From the NCBI GenBank assembly GCA_000934665.2, contig JYFJ02003576.1, forward strand, positions 1-39,977: a stretch of 39,977 bases of DNA, given 5' to 3'. This DNA is from Catajapyx aquilonaris (taxonomy: Eukaryota). A program made the translations under genes and the position numbers. The notes under the pieces are model-generated. The model made no database searches. It was given only the letters and a program-made list of their open reading frames with translations, and had not been told where the DNA came from. Of the stretch, positions 12,501 through 22,948 are shown piece after piece. How positions within the stretch are numbered: the first letter of the stretch is position 1; the number at the start of each line of letters is the position of its first letter.

Positions 12501-15500
12501 GGGACAATGGTCGAAAATTGTGGCTGAGGAGGTGTCATTTGACCTTCGTTTCCCCCCTCATCTCGTCATTTTTTGCCATCTGCATACCTTGACAAATGTT
12601 CATCGACAGAGCTTCAAAACTCAGTAAAATTTATCTTTGTAACATTTCCAGTTTTCGAATAAAACAGACGTGAACTTTCAATCGCTTTTTGCAAGTATCC
12701 CTATTATTTTGTCCAACTATCGATTAATGAGTCAAAAATACCTTTACATATGATTAGCTTATTTGTCACTATTTCTCGCGGAACCCATGGCGATTGCTCG
12801 ATGAATCCTAGGGTTTCGTGGAACCCCGGTTGAGAAACGCTGCTCTAGAGAAAGATTTCATGTCCTGTGATAGAATTGTTCAAATAAATCCTGCGACTCC
12901 TTTTGAGCTCTTGGATGCAGCATTTACCTCCAAAGGTTGACTGCAAGGAGTGACAGATGGGTTCAAAGGCTGAATCTTCCCCTTTGCTTCATCCCCGTAC
13001 ACATAGTTGATGTCGAATGGAATGTATGTATTCTTGATAGATCCCATGTAATCAAACAAGCGATGGGCATTGCACCTATAAGCTCCCCAAGGTCCACAGA
13101 GCACATTCATAGCAGGACCATTTATGGAACTCATTATCACATTCTTGCAGGAGCGGTATGTTCCTTCAACATATGACTCCCCAATGTAGCAGTCCAGATT
13201 TGTGATATGATCACCCTTGTCATCCTTCTTGGAGGCTGTAACTTTTAGAAAGCGATCCTGGTCAGGACTGCAAATCATCTTGCACAGGGACAGCCTGAGA
13301 TTCTGGAAGCATGCCGGACAGCGAGAGAGAATGCCTCGAGGTAAGGCTAAGTTGTTCTGCAGCTCCTCAATCTGAGACTGGGCGCAGCACACCTCCTTGC
13401 GTGCTCCTTGACAATGAATAAATAATCATTAGAACTTCCAGAGAAACCCTGTATCAGTTTCGAGTTACTTACTACAAGACAATGTGGGCACTACAAACAT
13501 GTAAAAATAAGCATGTTAAAATCCCACTTATCAATGCTTGGCTGACCATTTTTTTAAACTCCTTCACTACCAGATAGGCCCAAACCACATAGATCTTGGC
13601 TTATGCGTACTCCGAAGATACAGACAAGATATTTTACAAATAATAACAGCTATCTGGGAAAACACTACGAATGTGTCTGGAACAATTTTACTTGTCTAGA
13701 AGTCCCAAAATTAATTTCCAAAAAAAAGCTAGTAAAACTGGAAATCCGACTACAACTGCCGACCAACTGTTAGGCGAATTTAATTATGAAATGCGTGAAA
13801 ATATGCGTAATAACAACCTTGAGAACCATGGCAGATGAAGTTGCTGAAATCGTTGTACTTTGCAAGAAATAAATTAATACGTGGGTTGTTTCATGAGTCA
13901 TGGAACGTATTTTTTAAATTCTAAAACGGTAACACATACAGAGATGACCTGTGCTGAGTTTTCAAGACCCGGCAATTACAATTTGATTTGATATATAGAT
14001 GTTGCCCATATCGCGAGGGAGGCACTGAAATAAAAGGGGATCGTGACCCCACCACCGCACCATCGCCCTAAGATGGCCCGAGCCTGCTGATGCACATGGA
14101 GCTGTTGGACGCTGCATGCTGGACATTCGGAGATGGACAACACAGGAGCTTGCTTTAGTGTGTGGGATAAGTCAGAGAACTATGACCGGAGCCATGTGTC
14201 ATCCATCGCTACAAACCGTTTGAAAACCATCACCCTTAATGCGATCGAGTTCCAAGCAAGGGCAAAATGGTGGCACTGTTGCACTCCAAAGAGATGGCGA
14301 GGAACCCGTGAGGATGGCAACTTCTTGAGACCTTTCAGTCTTTCAGAGTCCTACGCATAGTGCTCTGACTTGTCCCACACTCCAGAGTAAGCTCCCGTGT
14401 TGTCCATGTCTGAGTGTCCTGCATGCAGTGTCGTTCCTCCAAGTGCGTCAGCTGGCTCGGGCAGTCTTAGGGCGATGGTGCGGTGGTGGGGTCACGATCC
14501 CCTTTTGTTTCCCCACCCCCCTCGCGATATGGGTGGAATCTATATGCCTGATCAAATTGTAATTGCCGGATCTTCAAAACTCAGCAAAGGCCATCTCTGT
14601 ATGTGTTACCGTTTTTGAATAAAAAAATACGTGCCATGACTTATGAATCAACCCACGTACTTATTTGCAGTTTGCTGGCACTTAGGGATACTCCCAAATG
14701 AGTGAGATGAATGCCAGAATGTTGCAAATAAGTATTAATTCATTTCTTGCAAAAAACGACGATCACAGCAAATTCTTCTGGCATGGTTCTCAAGGTTGTT
14801 ATTCCGCATATTTTCATGCATCTCATAATTAAATCAGCCTAATAGTTTGTAGGAAGTACTCCAATTTCAAGTTTTTATAGCCTTTTTTCGGAAATTAATT
14901 TTGGGACTTCTAGACAAGTTGTTCCAGAAGCATTCATAATGTTTTCCCAGATCGGGTGAGTATAGCTGTTATTTATTTGTAAAATATCTTGTCCGTATCT
15001 ACGGAGTACGCGTAAGCCGAAATCTGTGTGTTTCGGGCCTATCTGGTAGTGAAGGGGTTAAAGGCATTTCTTCTTACATGGAATAGAGAAAATCCAGAAT
15101 ATTGGAAACTCAAAAACCACGACAACACTCTCCTAAGTGTAGCTCTGTGTGAAGGACAACAATTCATTAAAATCTCACCATTGTGAATCAGTGAAGTGCC
15201 ACCATCAATAATAAACAATACAGATCATAAAACAAACAACTGTGGCAGTTACATTAAGCTATTTGGGGCCACTCAAAAAAATACATAACCAATTATTCTA
15301 GCCACATGCAGTTTCCCTTAATTACCTCGTTCTTGCACAAATTCAGGACATACGGCCCTCAGAACATCATCTATCTTTCCATCCAACAGCCTTGGAGGTG
15401 AGTTGTCTACACATGGGGCATCTCCACATGTATCATAAATCACACATTGATTATCCCCCATCACCTGCAAAGAGAAATCTAGAATTTAGTCACAGCTACA

Positions 15501-15970
15501 TCTTAACCCAGAAATAGACTTAATTCTTCGCCCACTATCAGACGTAAAAGAGCCAATTTCAAAACCTGCTTCATATATCACTTTCACATGTGACATGACA
15601 AACAATTCCTCAAGGGAAGCATTAAGGCCAAAACACAAAAAGATTTTGCGGCAGCGACAAGCTTCAAACGCATGCCCCGCCAATATGTTGTTATTAATTA
15701 TTGGCAATAGTAAATATAAATAAGAAATATGCCGCAACGCGCGCCGCTTGCCCGCGACTTTTTTTTTTGTGAAATGGCCTTTATGCAAGTTATTGTTTTG
15801 AACTTGACCAAATAACACAAAAGGTAATGAACGCCATCTAAATTACACCAAAAAATGCAACAGTAGCATTTGACAATGTTGTCTGCACAGAGAGCAACAG
15901 TAGGAATATCTCACTAGCAGATTATAACTACCACATTAGTCATACCACAGATGAGTTAACAGCATTTTAT

Positions 15971-16013
<43 letters not shown>

Positions 16014-16446
16014 GGGGTACAATATAATTATCACATACCTATATCCACATGAAGGCATACTAAGGCAAGACAGAAATGCTATGGCAACTTTCTCAATGCT
16101 GGCTCAATGATGATGATGATGATGATGAAGAAGAACAAATCAACTCTTTCAGGTCAGAGAGAGAGAGAGAGAGAGACCACCTTCCCATCGGTAAAATTAG
16201 CACTACAAAGCGCAGAATATCCACACCAATCTAGCTGCGAACTACTGTCCAAGATTCCATGTAGGTCAACGATGGACCTGCCCGTCCCACATTACCACCA
16301 CACTGCATGACATGACAATAACTGTCGGATATACAGCTGACCTTGAAATGCCCAGGCACCCAATGTGGACAGAATGCAATTAGACAGGTAATAATCACCT
16401 GGGAGATGACTAGATCAGCGAACAGGAACAGTCCCAGCATCTTCAT
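846..16446 (-). CDS. NPC1: Niemann-Pick C1 intracellular sterol transporter (multi-exon, ~1290 aa)
   Basis: Phase-consistent GT-AG exons in transcript order: 16399-16446 (signal peptide [16 protein letters not shown]), 15326-15464, 12928-13406 ([20 protein letters not shown]), 10702-10897 ([13 protein letters not shown]1), 9065-9196, 8643-8962 ([16 protein letters not shown]), 8346-8533, 7646-7870 (CLGEYGGP), 7362-7563 (AERSIEDEL), 6823-7120 (sterol-sensing domain [17 protein letters not shown]), 6619-6746 (MPAV), 5758-6012 (GLDQELAMP), 5069-5232 (GPPVYFV), 4358-4497 (SSWLDDY), 4149-4285 (CPKGGHA), 1515-2060 ([24 protein letters not shown]), 1066-1228 ([17 protein letters not shown]), 888-982. 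These sum to 3855 nt (1285 codons). The 3' end is unresolved: read-through stops at 846, or splicing to 800 stops at 684. Confidence 0.96.
2432..2558. mobile_element. Palindromic MITE, Tourist/PIF-Harbinger-like
   Basis: Ends GGGCCGGTTTCACCAAGC...GCTTGGTGAAACTGGCCC and is a near-perfect foldback over ~55 bp. No clean TSD is visible. Confidence 0.7.
3069..3220 (-). mobile_element. tRNA-derived SINE remnant
   Basis: Minus-strand A-box-like TGGCATCATTG (~3202-3212) and B-box GGTTCGAATTCC (3157-3168), with an A-rich tail (T run 3069-3075 on +). Confidence 0.5.
3324..3945 (+). mobile_element. Internally deleted mariner-type element with long (~190 bp) inverted arms
   Basis: Inverted arms TGGAGGGCTCGGGAGAAAAACG... 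and ...CGTTTTTCTCCCGAGCCCTCCA. The centre encodes transposase relics FVPKL (3567, WVPHEL-type motif) and [16 protein letters not shown] (to 3681, first catalytic D) in different frames. Confidence 0.85.
5314..5700 (+). mobile_element. Internally deleted mariner element (N- and C-terminal transposase relics)
   Basis: Imperfect TIRs (TGAGAGTGATTCAGAAAG / CTTTTTGAATCTCACCCTCC followed by TA). Positions 5456-5617 encode [13 protein letters not shown] (mariner N-terminus-like) and [12 protein letters not shown] (mariner C-terminal GDY motif). Confidence 0.75.
6473..6521. repeat. (TAA)n microsatellite
   Basis: About 16 perfect TAA units in an NPC1 intron. Confidence 0.95.
9264..9535 (+). mobile_element. 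tRNA-derived SINE
   Basis: A-box TGGTCTGGTGG (9274-9284) and B-box GGTTCAAATTCC (9317-9328) at tRNA-like spacing, then a non-tRNA body and a short A tail (~9528-9534). Confidence 0.65.
9717..9767 (-). CDS. NPC1: Candidate 51-nt NPC1 cassette micro-exon (cytosolic loop after TM1)
   Basis: Polypyrimidine tract plus CAG acceptor, AG|GTGTGA donor, phase 1-1, open frame [17 protein letters not shown] matching the flanking phases. Confidence 0.55.
9950..10226. mobile_element. Partial, rearranged copy of the hAT MITE at 12167-12842
   Basis: 10140-10226 is the reverse complement of 12167-12250. 9960-10083 matches 12601-12725 in direct orientation (e.g. CCCTATTATTTTGTCCAAC). Confidence 0.7.
11305..12070. 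mobile_element. Degenerate inverted-repeat element (old MITE)
   Basis: Imperfect arms of ~85 bp: AAATTTGATATGAATGTCCCTGAG...GTTTTGGCCCCG versus CGGGGCCAAAAC...CAGGGACATTCATAGCAAATTT. Termini and TSD are not resolved. Confidence 0.6.
12167..12842. mobile_element. hAT (Charlie-like) MITE with 8-bp TSD
   Basis: Perfect TIR CAGCGTTTCTCAACC / GGTTGAGAAACGCTG, flanked by duplicated CTCTAGAG (12159-12166 and 12843-12850). Confidence 0.92.
13559..15057. mobile_element. piggyBac-type foldback element with ~630 bp inverted arms
   Basis: Ends CTCCTTCACTACCAGATAGGCCC / GGGCCTATCTGGTAGTGAAGGGG|TTAA. Arms are ~13559-14185 and ~14355-15057. TTAA target is present at the right end and degenerate at the left. 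Confidence 0.88.
14660..14732. mobile_element. 73-bp mini-MITE nested in the piggyBac-type arm, TA TSD
   Basis: TA|CTTATTTGCA...TGCAAATAAG|TA. It is absent at the equivalent position in the opposite arm. Confidence 0.8.
15625..15780. mobile_element. PIF/Harbinger (Tourist-like) MITE, TTA TSD
   Basis: TTA|AGGCCAAAACACAAAA...TTTTGTGAAATGGCCT|TTA. Confidence 0.7.
15976..16177. repeat. Microsatellite cluster (CT)n, (ATG)n, (GA)n in NPC1 intron 1
   Basis: (CT)n 15976-16010, (ATG)7 16107-16127, (GA)n ~16156-16177. Confidence 0.9.
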
Positions 16447-17546
16447 GCCTGCTCTGGTATAACAAGCGCAAGTGAATAAGAAGTGGTCCGGTGGTGGGTG
16501 TTCCCCAGAGGCAGGCAGCAGGTCCTTTTAAGATGGGCAAGGAAGGCGCTGGGTTAGGCCTGGTCGCCCATGGTCCACGGCAGTGTGCCAGTCGTGATGT
16601 GGTGTCGCTGGATGTGCAGGAAAGCGGGCGACAGACAGGTGTAGATGACAGCAACAGCGTTCTTTTTCAGCATCCTTTTTTCCCTGGCAGCGGCCGGAGA
16701 GACGGGGACTGTGGCGGGCCGGACGGTGCAGGTGAGGCGACCGAACCAGTACTACGCTGCACCAGGGCTGCACAATGTACAGTCCCGAAAGATTTCAAGT
16801 CCAGCGGGCCGGCTCCGTCCGCTCAAAGAGCATATAAGACTATAAAGAGAGGGAAAACCTGTTACTAGGTTACTTGTTTGGCCAACATGTTTACATGACA
16901 CAATTCGGGTACATTCGGGTGGCTGGAAGAAGTAGACTCCTGTGGGGGAATATCATGGAAAAAGAGAGTGCGCGACCTGTTACGGAGGCTAACGAGGCAG
17001 TCAGACGCCCCAACGGTGCGGAGAAGGTATCACTTAGCTCGGACGGGGGGAAAGCACGTTAAGCACCTTTAATTTGCGCCATCCCAGTGTCTAGTTCCAC
17101 TCTCCTCTGGTGGCGTGGCCACCTGCGCCGAGCACGGTTTTCAAGCAACACACTACCAGCTTTCACCCTGGCCTTGCCGTTCGTCTCTCAGAAAAACTGA
17201 TTATACCATCGGAATCGGGATTTTTTGCCAGATTTTTAGAGCCCAACTTGTGTTTTGAGTGGAGTGTCCCTTTAAGGAAACTAATTTCTAAATCTAAATT
17301 ATACGGTTACCACAGGTCCACATCCGGTCGACCTATCACTGCACCCACTGTGGTATTGGGGGCATTCCCCCTGCCGGCTGCAAATGGCCCAATATAACAA
17401 TAGTTTTCGCCTCCACATTTTGAAACCCACATCACAGCGGCTGTTTTTCCAAAAGCTACAAAAAGGGTGAGTGCAAATGTGACAAGTGAAAGAACATTAA
17501 TCGAAGGGCAAAAGAAACACCTGAAGAGTTTCAAACTGTGTGACAA

Positions 17547-17640
17547 AATAACTATTTAAATCCTTCCAGAAGTAAACAATGTGGACAATCATTGTTACCT
17601 GTGCACATTGTTTACTTCTGGAAGGGTTTTAATAGTTATT
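17547..17640. repeat. 41-bp-stem hairpin with 12-nt loop
   Basis: AATAACTATTTAAATCCTTCCAGAAGTAAACAATGTGGACA pairs with TGTGCACATTGTTTACTTCTGGAAGGGTTTTAATAGTTATT with 3 mismatches. Confidence 0.85.
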
Positions 17641-18897
17641 GAATTCAGATCATGCAAAATAGGAAAAGAAAAAAGTCCACTTGCTGGGCATGCAAAGAGA
17701 ACTTCTCTGCCATCATCACTTACAATCCTGCAAATAAAATCACAACGAGTGAATTGGGAAGCTGCATGACACAAATGGAACTGCACCTTTTCCAACTTCG
17801 GTTAAAAATTTCGCCTGAAATCACACGGGTTATGACAAAAGGTAATATCAAATTTGCCTTAATCATCAAGACAGAGAATAACTATTCTACAGGCACATTA
17901 ACTACATTTCTAAAGATTTTGCAGCAGACATGTTACACCTTCCAGCTCCACACAAGATTAACACAAACTCGTACCATCCTTGCCAAATGGTATATTGTCC
18001 CAAAATGTGCAGATAAGTTCGATCTATGTCATACTTCCCTGTAGTGATCATTGGATGGACTTTACGCTACTACGGCTTATGTATGCGTGTTCTAAACATT
18101 GGCTGGCTTGTACAATTTCTAAGCACCTTTCCAAGGTTAATGTGCAGCACAACCACAAAGCATTTGTTCTCCAAAGCACTACGCATCCTACACTAAAAGT
18201 ACAGTACAACCATCTATACACACTAGATGAATTAATGACTGCGTCACCAACCTAAATGTGATTATCCCAGGTTTCTAGTTGACGTTCAAGTTTTCCGATA
18301 ATCAGGCCCAGAGAGTAAGAGATACACCAGTATAACAATAATAACACATTTACTTCGGGTTCAGATATTATCCCAAACAGATACAAGTGTTTGTAAATGA
18401 CCCCCCCCCAAAAAAAAAACATAACACGTTCATATCATTGTAACAGAAAGGTAACTTACAAATTGTGTGCATGTGTGTGGACGTCACGGTGCGGTTCAGG
18501 AGAGAGTGAGAGGTGCAACGGTGAGAGCATACATAGTGGCTAAGTTGCCTTTTAACGCGTAAAATCAAGTGCTGACATTGCGACATATTAAGTGCAGATG
18601 TGAAGGATGATGTAATGCATCTTTAACAACTGCACTGTTGCCTCATAAGGAAAAATATTCCCAGTCATAGGTTTTCCTTATGCGAGTAAACAATTGATAT
18701 AACAGGTGGCATAAACTTCGTGCAGGTGTCCCAAGTGACGTTGATGTAATGTGCACGTGAATCTTATAGTCCTCACTGGGTGACAACTGCAGCCAACGAT
18801 TTGGTTTGTGTAAAACCACACTTGAATAGATGGTCGTACCTCTGGTTGTACCTCTAACCTCCTTAAACACAACATGCAATGTACAAAGTGTACTTAC

Positions 18898-21026
18898 GAA
18901 GGGATGAGCAGTTGCACCCGGAGAGGCCCCTGTCGTAGAAATGCTTTTGATGAATATGAGAGACTCCTTGCATGTGTCGTACCATTCGGGGAGCTGCGTC
19001 CCCACCACTCTGCTTTGGGTGGTTGGGAGGGCAAAGAAAATGCATTTCCATTAGGCTTCCCATTCATTTAAACACCCGCCAAACGTACTGAGAAAGTTGA
19101 TAATGGGAAAGGAAGAGAAGAAGGCACACCAGATAAAATACACACTCACATGACAGTGTATGCCTAACACACTATTTTACATTCAGTGTTGAATGAGCAC
19201 TAATATACCTCCGCAAAATCTTACTTGGTACTGCGACTGCTAATCGATAGTCCATGGGTCTGTTTCACATAATTTTTGCCAGCCTGCGATTAGACAGTAG
19301 TACCAGGCTTGTGCGGACTAATCCCAGCGGTACTCAAGTAAGCTTACGGGAAGTACACAGGGTGATTCTACCGAATGGAAACCCAAACATTCCTCAACAA
19401 CTTTATAACTATGGTACGGTTCCCGATGAAAATTGACTTGTACTTACCTTGTACCATGGCAAACAATGTCAGACTAAAGAATATACCAAAAGTGGTCCCC
19501 TCCAGCATCCAAGAATTTTTAATGCCAGTCTGCATATTGCCAAAGACTCCTGCAGATGTGGCGGCGGGGATGGCATCAATCTCCCGCCCGCCTCGTGCCG
19601 TAAGGCGTCTTTGAGAGCATCAATTGCCATGGGAACAGTCCAATTCGTTTTGGGGTATGATGGGTTGTTTTTTTTTTTTCTCGCGGAGTTTGTTGAAGGG
19701 CTGTGTACACAAAAATAACTCTCACACCATTGATGCTCTCAAAGACGCCTTACGGCGTGCGGCGGGCGGGATTGCAGATTGATGCCATCCCTGCCGCCAC
19801 ATCTGCAGGAGTCTTCGGCAATATGCCGACTCGCATTAAAAAATTCTTGGATGCTGGAGGGGACCACTTTTGGTATATTATTATTTTAGTCAGACCTTGT
19901 TTGACATGGTACAAGGTAAGTACATGTCAATTTTCATCAGGAACCATACCATAGTTAAAAAATTATTGAGGAATGTTTGGGTTCCATTCGGGAGAATCAC
20001 CCTGTATATGCCAACCAACTGCAAGTGCAAAGGTTCTCAACACAGGCTACTTCTATGCGCACTCCAGGGTAAAGGACAGATTGGAACACAACCTTCATCA
20101 AACAATAGTTCAAAAAATGAATTACCAGTTGGCAAAAACATTTCTTAAAAACTGGCCGGTAATTGTAGTTATCGAGTGATGCAACAAAAGAAACAATAAT
20201 TTTAGCTACGTTCCAGATTTCCTTGCTACTTAAAATCTGTTTCTTGCGATAAAAACTAAGGTGGAAAATTGGCTGCAAAAATACACACACACATAGCAAA
20301 TGAAAGTTGCACAAGTTAAGCTCCGAGGTACTCGCTAAGAGATCTGTGCACAGGCAGCAAGAAAACACAACCAAAATGTACTGCATCCACCAATAATTTC
20401 AGTTTTGTCCATTTTTGGAAAGAAGAAACATGGCTTGCACATTGCACATTGTAAAAAAAAAAAACATATTGCAAGAAGCATCAAAGATCAGGGAAGGGAA
20501 GGACCCAGTAGCTCGCATTCCCATCATTCGATGCTCATCAGGCTTGTTGATTACAATACAGACATGTGGAGTCAGGAGTGGGAGCAAGGTAATGTGGTCC
20601 GATTTTTTATGTAATCCAAGCCATTTTTTAAAATGTTAATGATCAAGAGTTGATAAGGGGGAGTGTAGAATGCAAGTAATCTGTGTTGTTTCTCCCATAA
20701 GTGTATTGAGATTTGTAATTTCGAACTGACCTCGCCTCCGTTCTTCTGATTTCGAGATAAATGCCAGCCCTTGAGAAATGAAGCTTTCCAAAAGGCGACA
20801 TCTTCCGCAGTTTGGCAGCTGAGCTCAAGTTGCTTGTATTCCTGCAAATCGCAAACTGGGCATTTAAGTCATAAGTACAAAAAAAAGGCCAACAATTGTT
20901 CTTACCTCAATTACGCCCTTCCGGATTGAAAATGGCAAATGTGTGCCTTATGGTCCCTTGCTCATTCTCTTGTAATGTAAGGGCACCAAGAGGAAGCATG
21001 TACTTCTCTTGCCTGTGGTCTGTCTC
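18898..21026 (-). pseudogene. Dynamin (shibire-like) pseudogene fragment, PH domain to end of GED, introns retained
   Basis: 20906-21026 encodes EKYMLPLGALTLQENEQGTIRHTFAIFNPEGRN* (dynamin [38 protein letters not shown]). After a 64-nt GT-AG intron, 20731-20841 encodes EYKQLELSCQTAEDVAFWKASFL, a frameshift, then RAGIYLE (DYKQLELSC...WKASFLRAGVYPE). ~18898-18990 encodes RM, a frameshift, then YDTCKESLIFIKSISTT (RMYHACKEALRIIGDVS). The order is colinear with dynamin. Confidence 0.8.
19358..20004. mobile_element. Tc1/mariner-type foldback MITE with ~265 bp arms
   Basis: Termini CAGGGTGATTCT / AGAATCACCCTG|TA. Long arms, e.g. GACTCCTGCAGATGTGGCGGC pairs with GCCGCCACATCTGCAGGAGTC. Confidence 0.88.
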
Positions 21027-21415
21027 CTACAAGTGCGGATAAAAAGGTATGACTTCATGTCTCTCGGTACTCCGGTGTACAGTACACCTGCTCTTTGGTA
21101 CTCCTTATTACGGCTGGGAGAGAACCAAAGATGTTCCAATCTTGATTCCAATGGGGGATCTGTTAGCGGCAGTGTGGCCAGGTGCAGCAGACAGTTCCTT
21201 CTCCGCCTGGCAACCCTGAGTTTGTTTGGGTTGCCAAGGAGAAAAATTATCGAACGCACCCCACCAAAATCGACAGAATATTTTTGGGGAAAAACCAAAA
21301 GAACACTGTTTGGGTCGTTGGTGTGTGTACAGCAGGGCCAGGGGCGCCGCACACACTCCCGCCCCACACAGTGTTTGTACAGATCCACGGCCTGGTTTTT
21401 TAGCACGGCAAAGAC

Positions 21416-22390
21416 ATGGTGAGTTGTAGGGGTACGAAAAACAGGGTCCAAAGTACCAGGCCTAGTGACTCATTCCTTCGCCACTTTTGCAGTCGAACGA
21501 GGTTGAGGAGACTCTGAAGCGGATCCAGTCCCACAAGGGGGTCGTTGGAATCATTGTCATCAACTCGGATGGTAGGCCGCACGGGGACGCCCCCAGTGTG
21601 ATTTACTCTCACGTTTCTCTCTCTCTTGCAAGGGATTCCCATCAAGACAACACTGGAGAACACCCTTACCGTCCAGTATGCCAGTCTGATCAGCCAGCTG
21701 GCAGAGAAGGCCAGGTCGGCTGTCAGGGACCTGGACCCTACCAACGACCTCACCTTCCTACGGATACGCTCCAAGAAGCACGAGATCATGGTCGCACCAG
21801 GTATGCACTTTTGGCTGCTAAAGTTGTTCCATTTACAAAATTTAATCCTGATTTAGATGTGGAGTATGAATTTGCAGAAACACGTCATCAGAAAACAGCG
21901 TATCGTCGGCCGGCGATCAAAACCTCGTAACGCCTCAAGACCAAATTTTACAGGAGGGACAAAAAAACATTTTGTAAAATCATGTTTTCTGTTCATGCTG
22001 ACAATTATTCCTGCAGTATAGCATAACGTAAACCTTACCTTTCATGAGGATGATGATGTATTCATGTACACCGTTGCGAAGTTGTGCAAAGGGACTTCCA
22101 AGGTACGTAAGTCCATTTTTGCGGAGTTACGAGGTTTTGATCGCCGGCCGACGATATGTTATATCAAAAATATGCACTTGCTGTTCTAAATAGACTTTGA
22201 CAACTTACCGACTCCGTGGTTCAATTATAGGTTTTTAAAGATTACTCATGTTGTATTTTACATTAGGAGAGAAAACGGTAGTCGCATTAGCTGTAGAAGG
22301 AGGTATGTGTTGGCGATGCTGTAACGACACTTTCATTCCCTTGCAGATAAGGAGTACATACTCATCGTCATTCAGAACCCAGGGGAGTAA
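21416..22390 (+). CDS. robl: Dynein light chain roadblock-type (97 aa)
   Basis: Exons 21416-21418 (ATG|GTGAGT), 21493-21571, 21633-21800, 22347-22390 give [97 protein letters not shown]. This is the canonical DYNLRB sequence and exon layout. AATAAA at 22409. Confidence 0.97.
21903..22154. mobile_element. Tc1/mariner-type MITE in roadblock intron 3, TA TSD
   Basis: Perfect 29-bp TIR TCGTCGGCCGGCGATCAAAACCTCGTAAC with TA on both sides. Confidence 0.88.
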
Positions 22391-22948
22391 GGCCTTCACA
22401 TCTACTGAAATAAACTTGTACATGCCATCTTAATTGTGTTTTGGGAAAGAACCATCCAACAAAAAATTTTTTCTTCGCTTTATTGTTGATTTTATGCAAT
22501 GACTTTCACGGGAATGTAGGTGAAAACTGCACGAGTTCTATGCTAGAACATAGAAAGTATAAATAAAAATTTTTCCGTACAAACACATTGGCATCCGTCT
22601 CAACAGATCCGCAGGAAAATGAACGCTGCCGACTCTAGCTTACAAAATAAAACGTTGAAATTGCACACAAATTTGTTTGAAAACAAAGACTCGAGTCTCT
22701 CGTTAGAAAATTAAAATCTATTTACACACTGGAAACTCGCATCTCTCTCATGGCAACATTATTTCGTGAATGGCAGATAATAATTAATACCCCTCTTGCG
22801 TCATCATCAGGCACTGGAGAGAGCCCAATCTTGCAAACTTTACATGTCCTGGCACAGCGTAAAGTCCATACGCTAAATAGTCGTAGCCTGTGCAGGAGGG
22901 TACTGTACACACATGTACAAAGGTTTATTCGTGCTGTGGAATGTAGTT

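Noticed and set aside
16039..16100. Alternative NPC1 first exon ending at an AG|GTATG donor
   Set aside because: No convincing in-phase signal peptide. Exon 16399-16446 fits the phase and the conserved intron position better.
16491..17397. GC-rich ORFs upstream of NPC1
   Set aside because: No recognisable homology; more consistent with 5' UTR, promoter or repeat sequence.
18255..18300. KLERQLET peptide resembling the dynamin GED start
   Set aside because: Out of order relative to the other dynamin blocks and too short to exclude chance.
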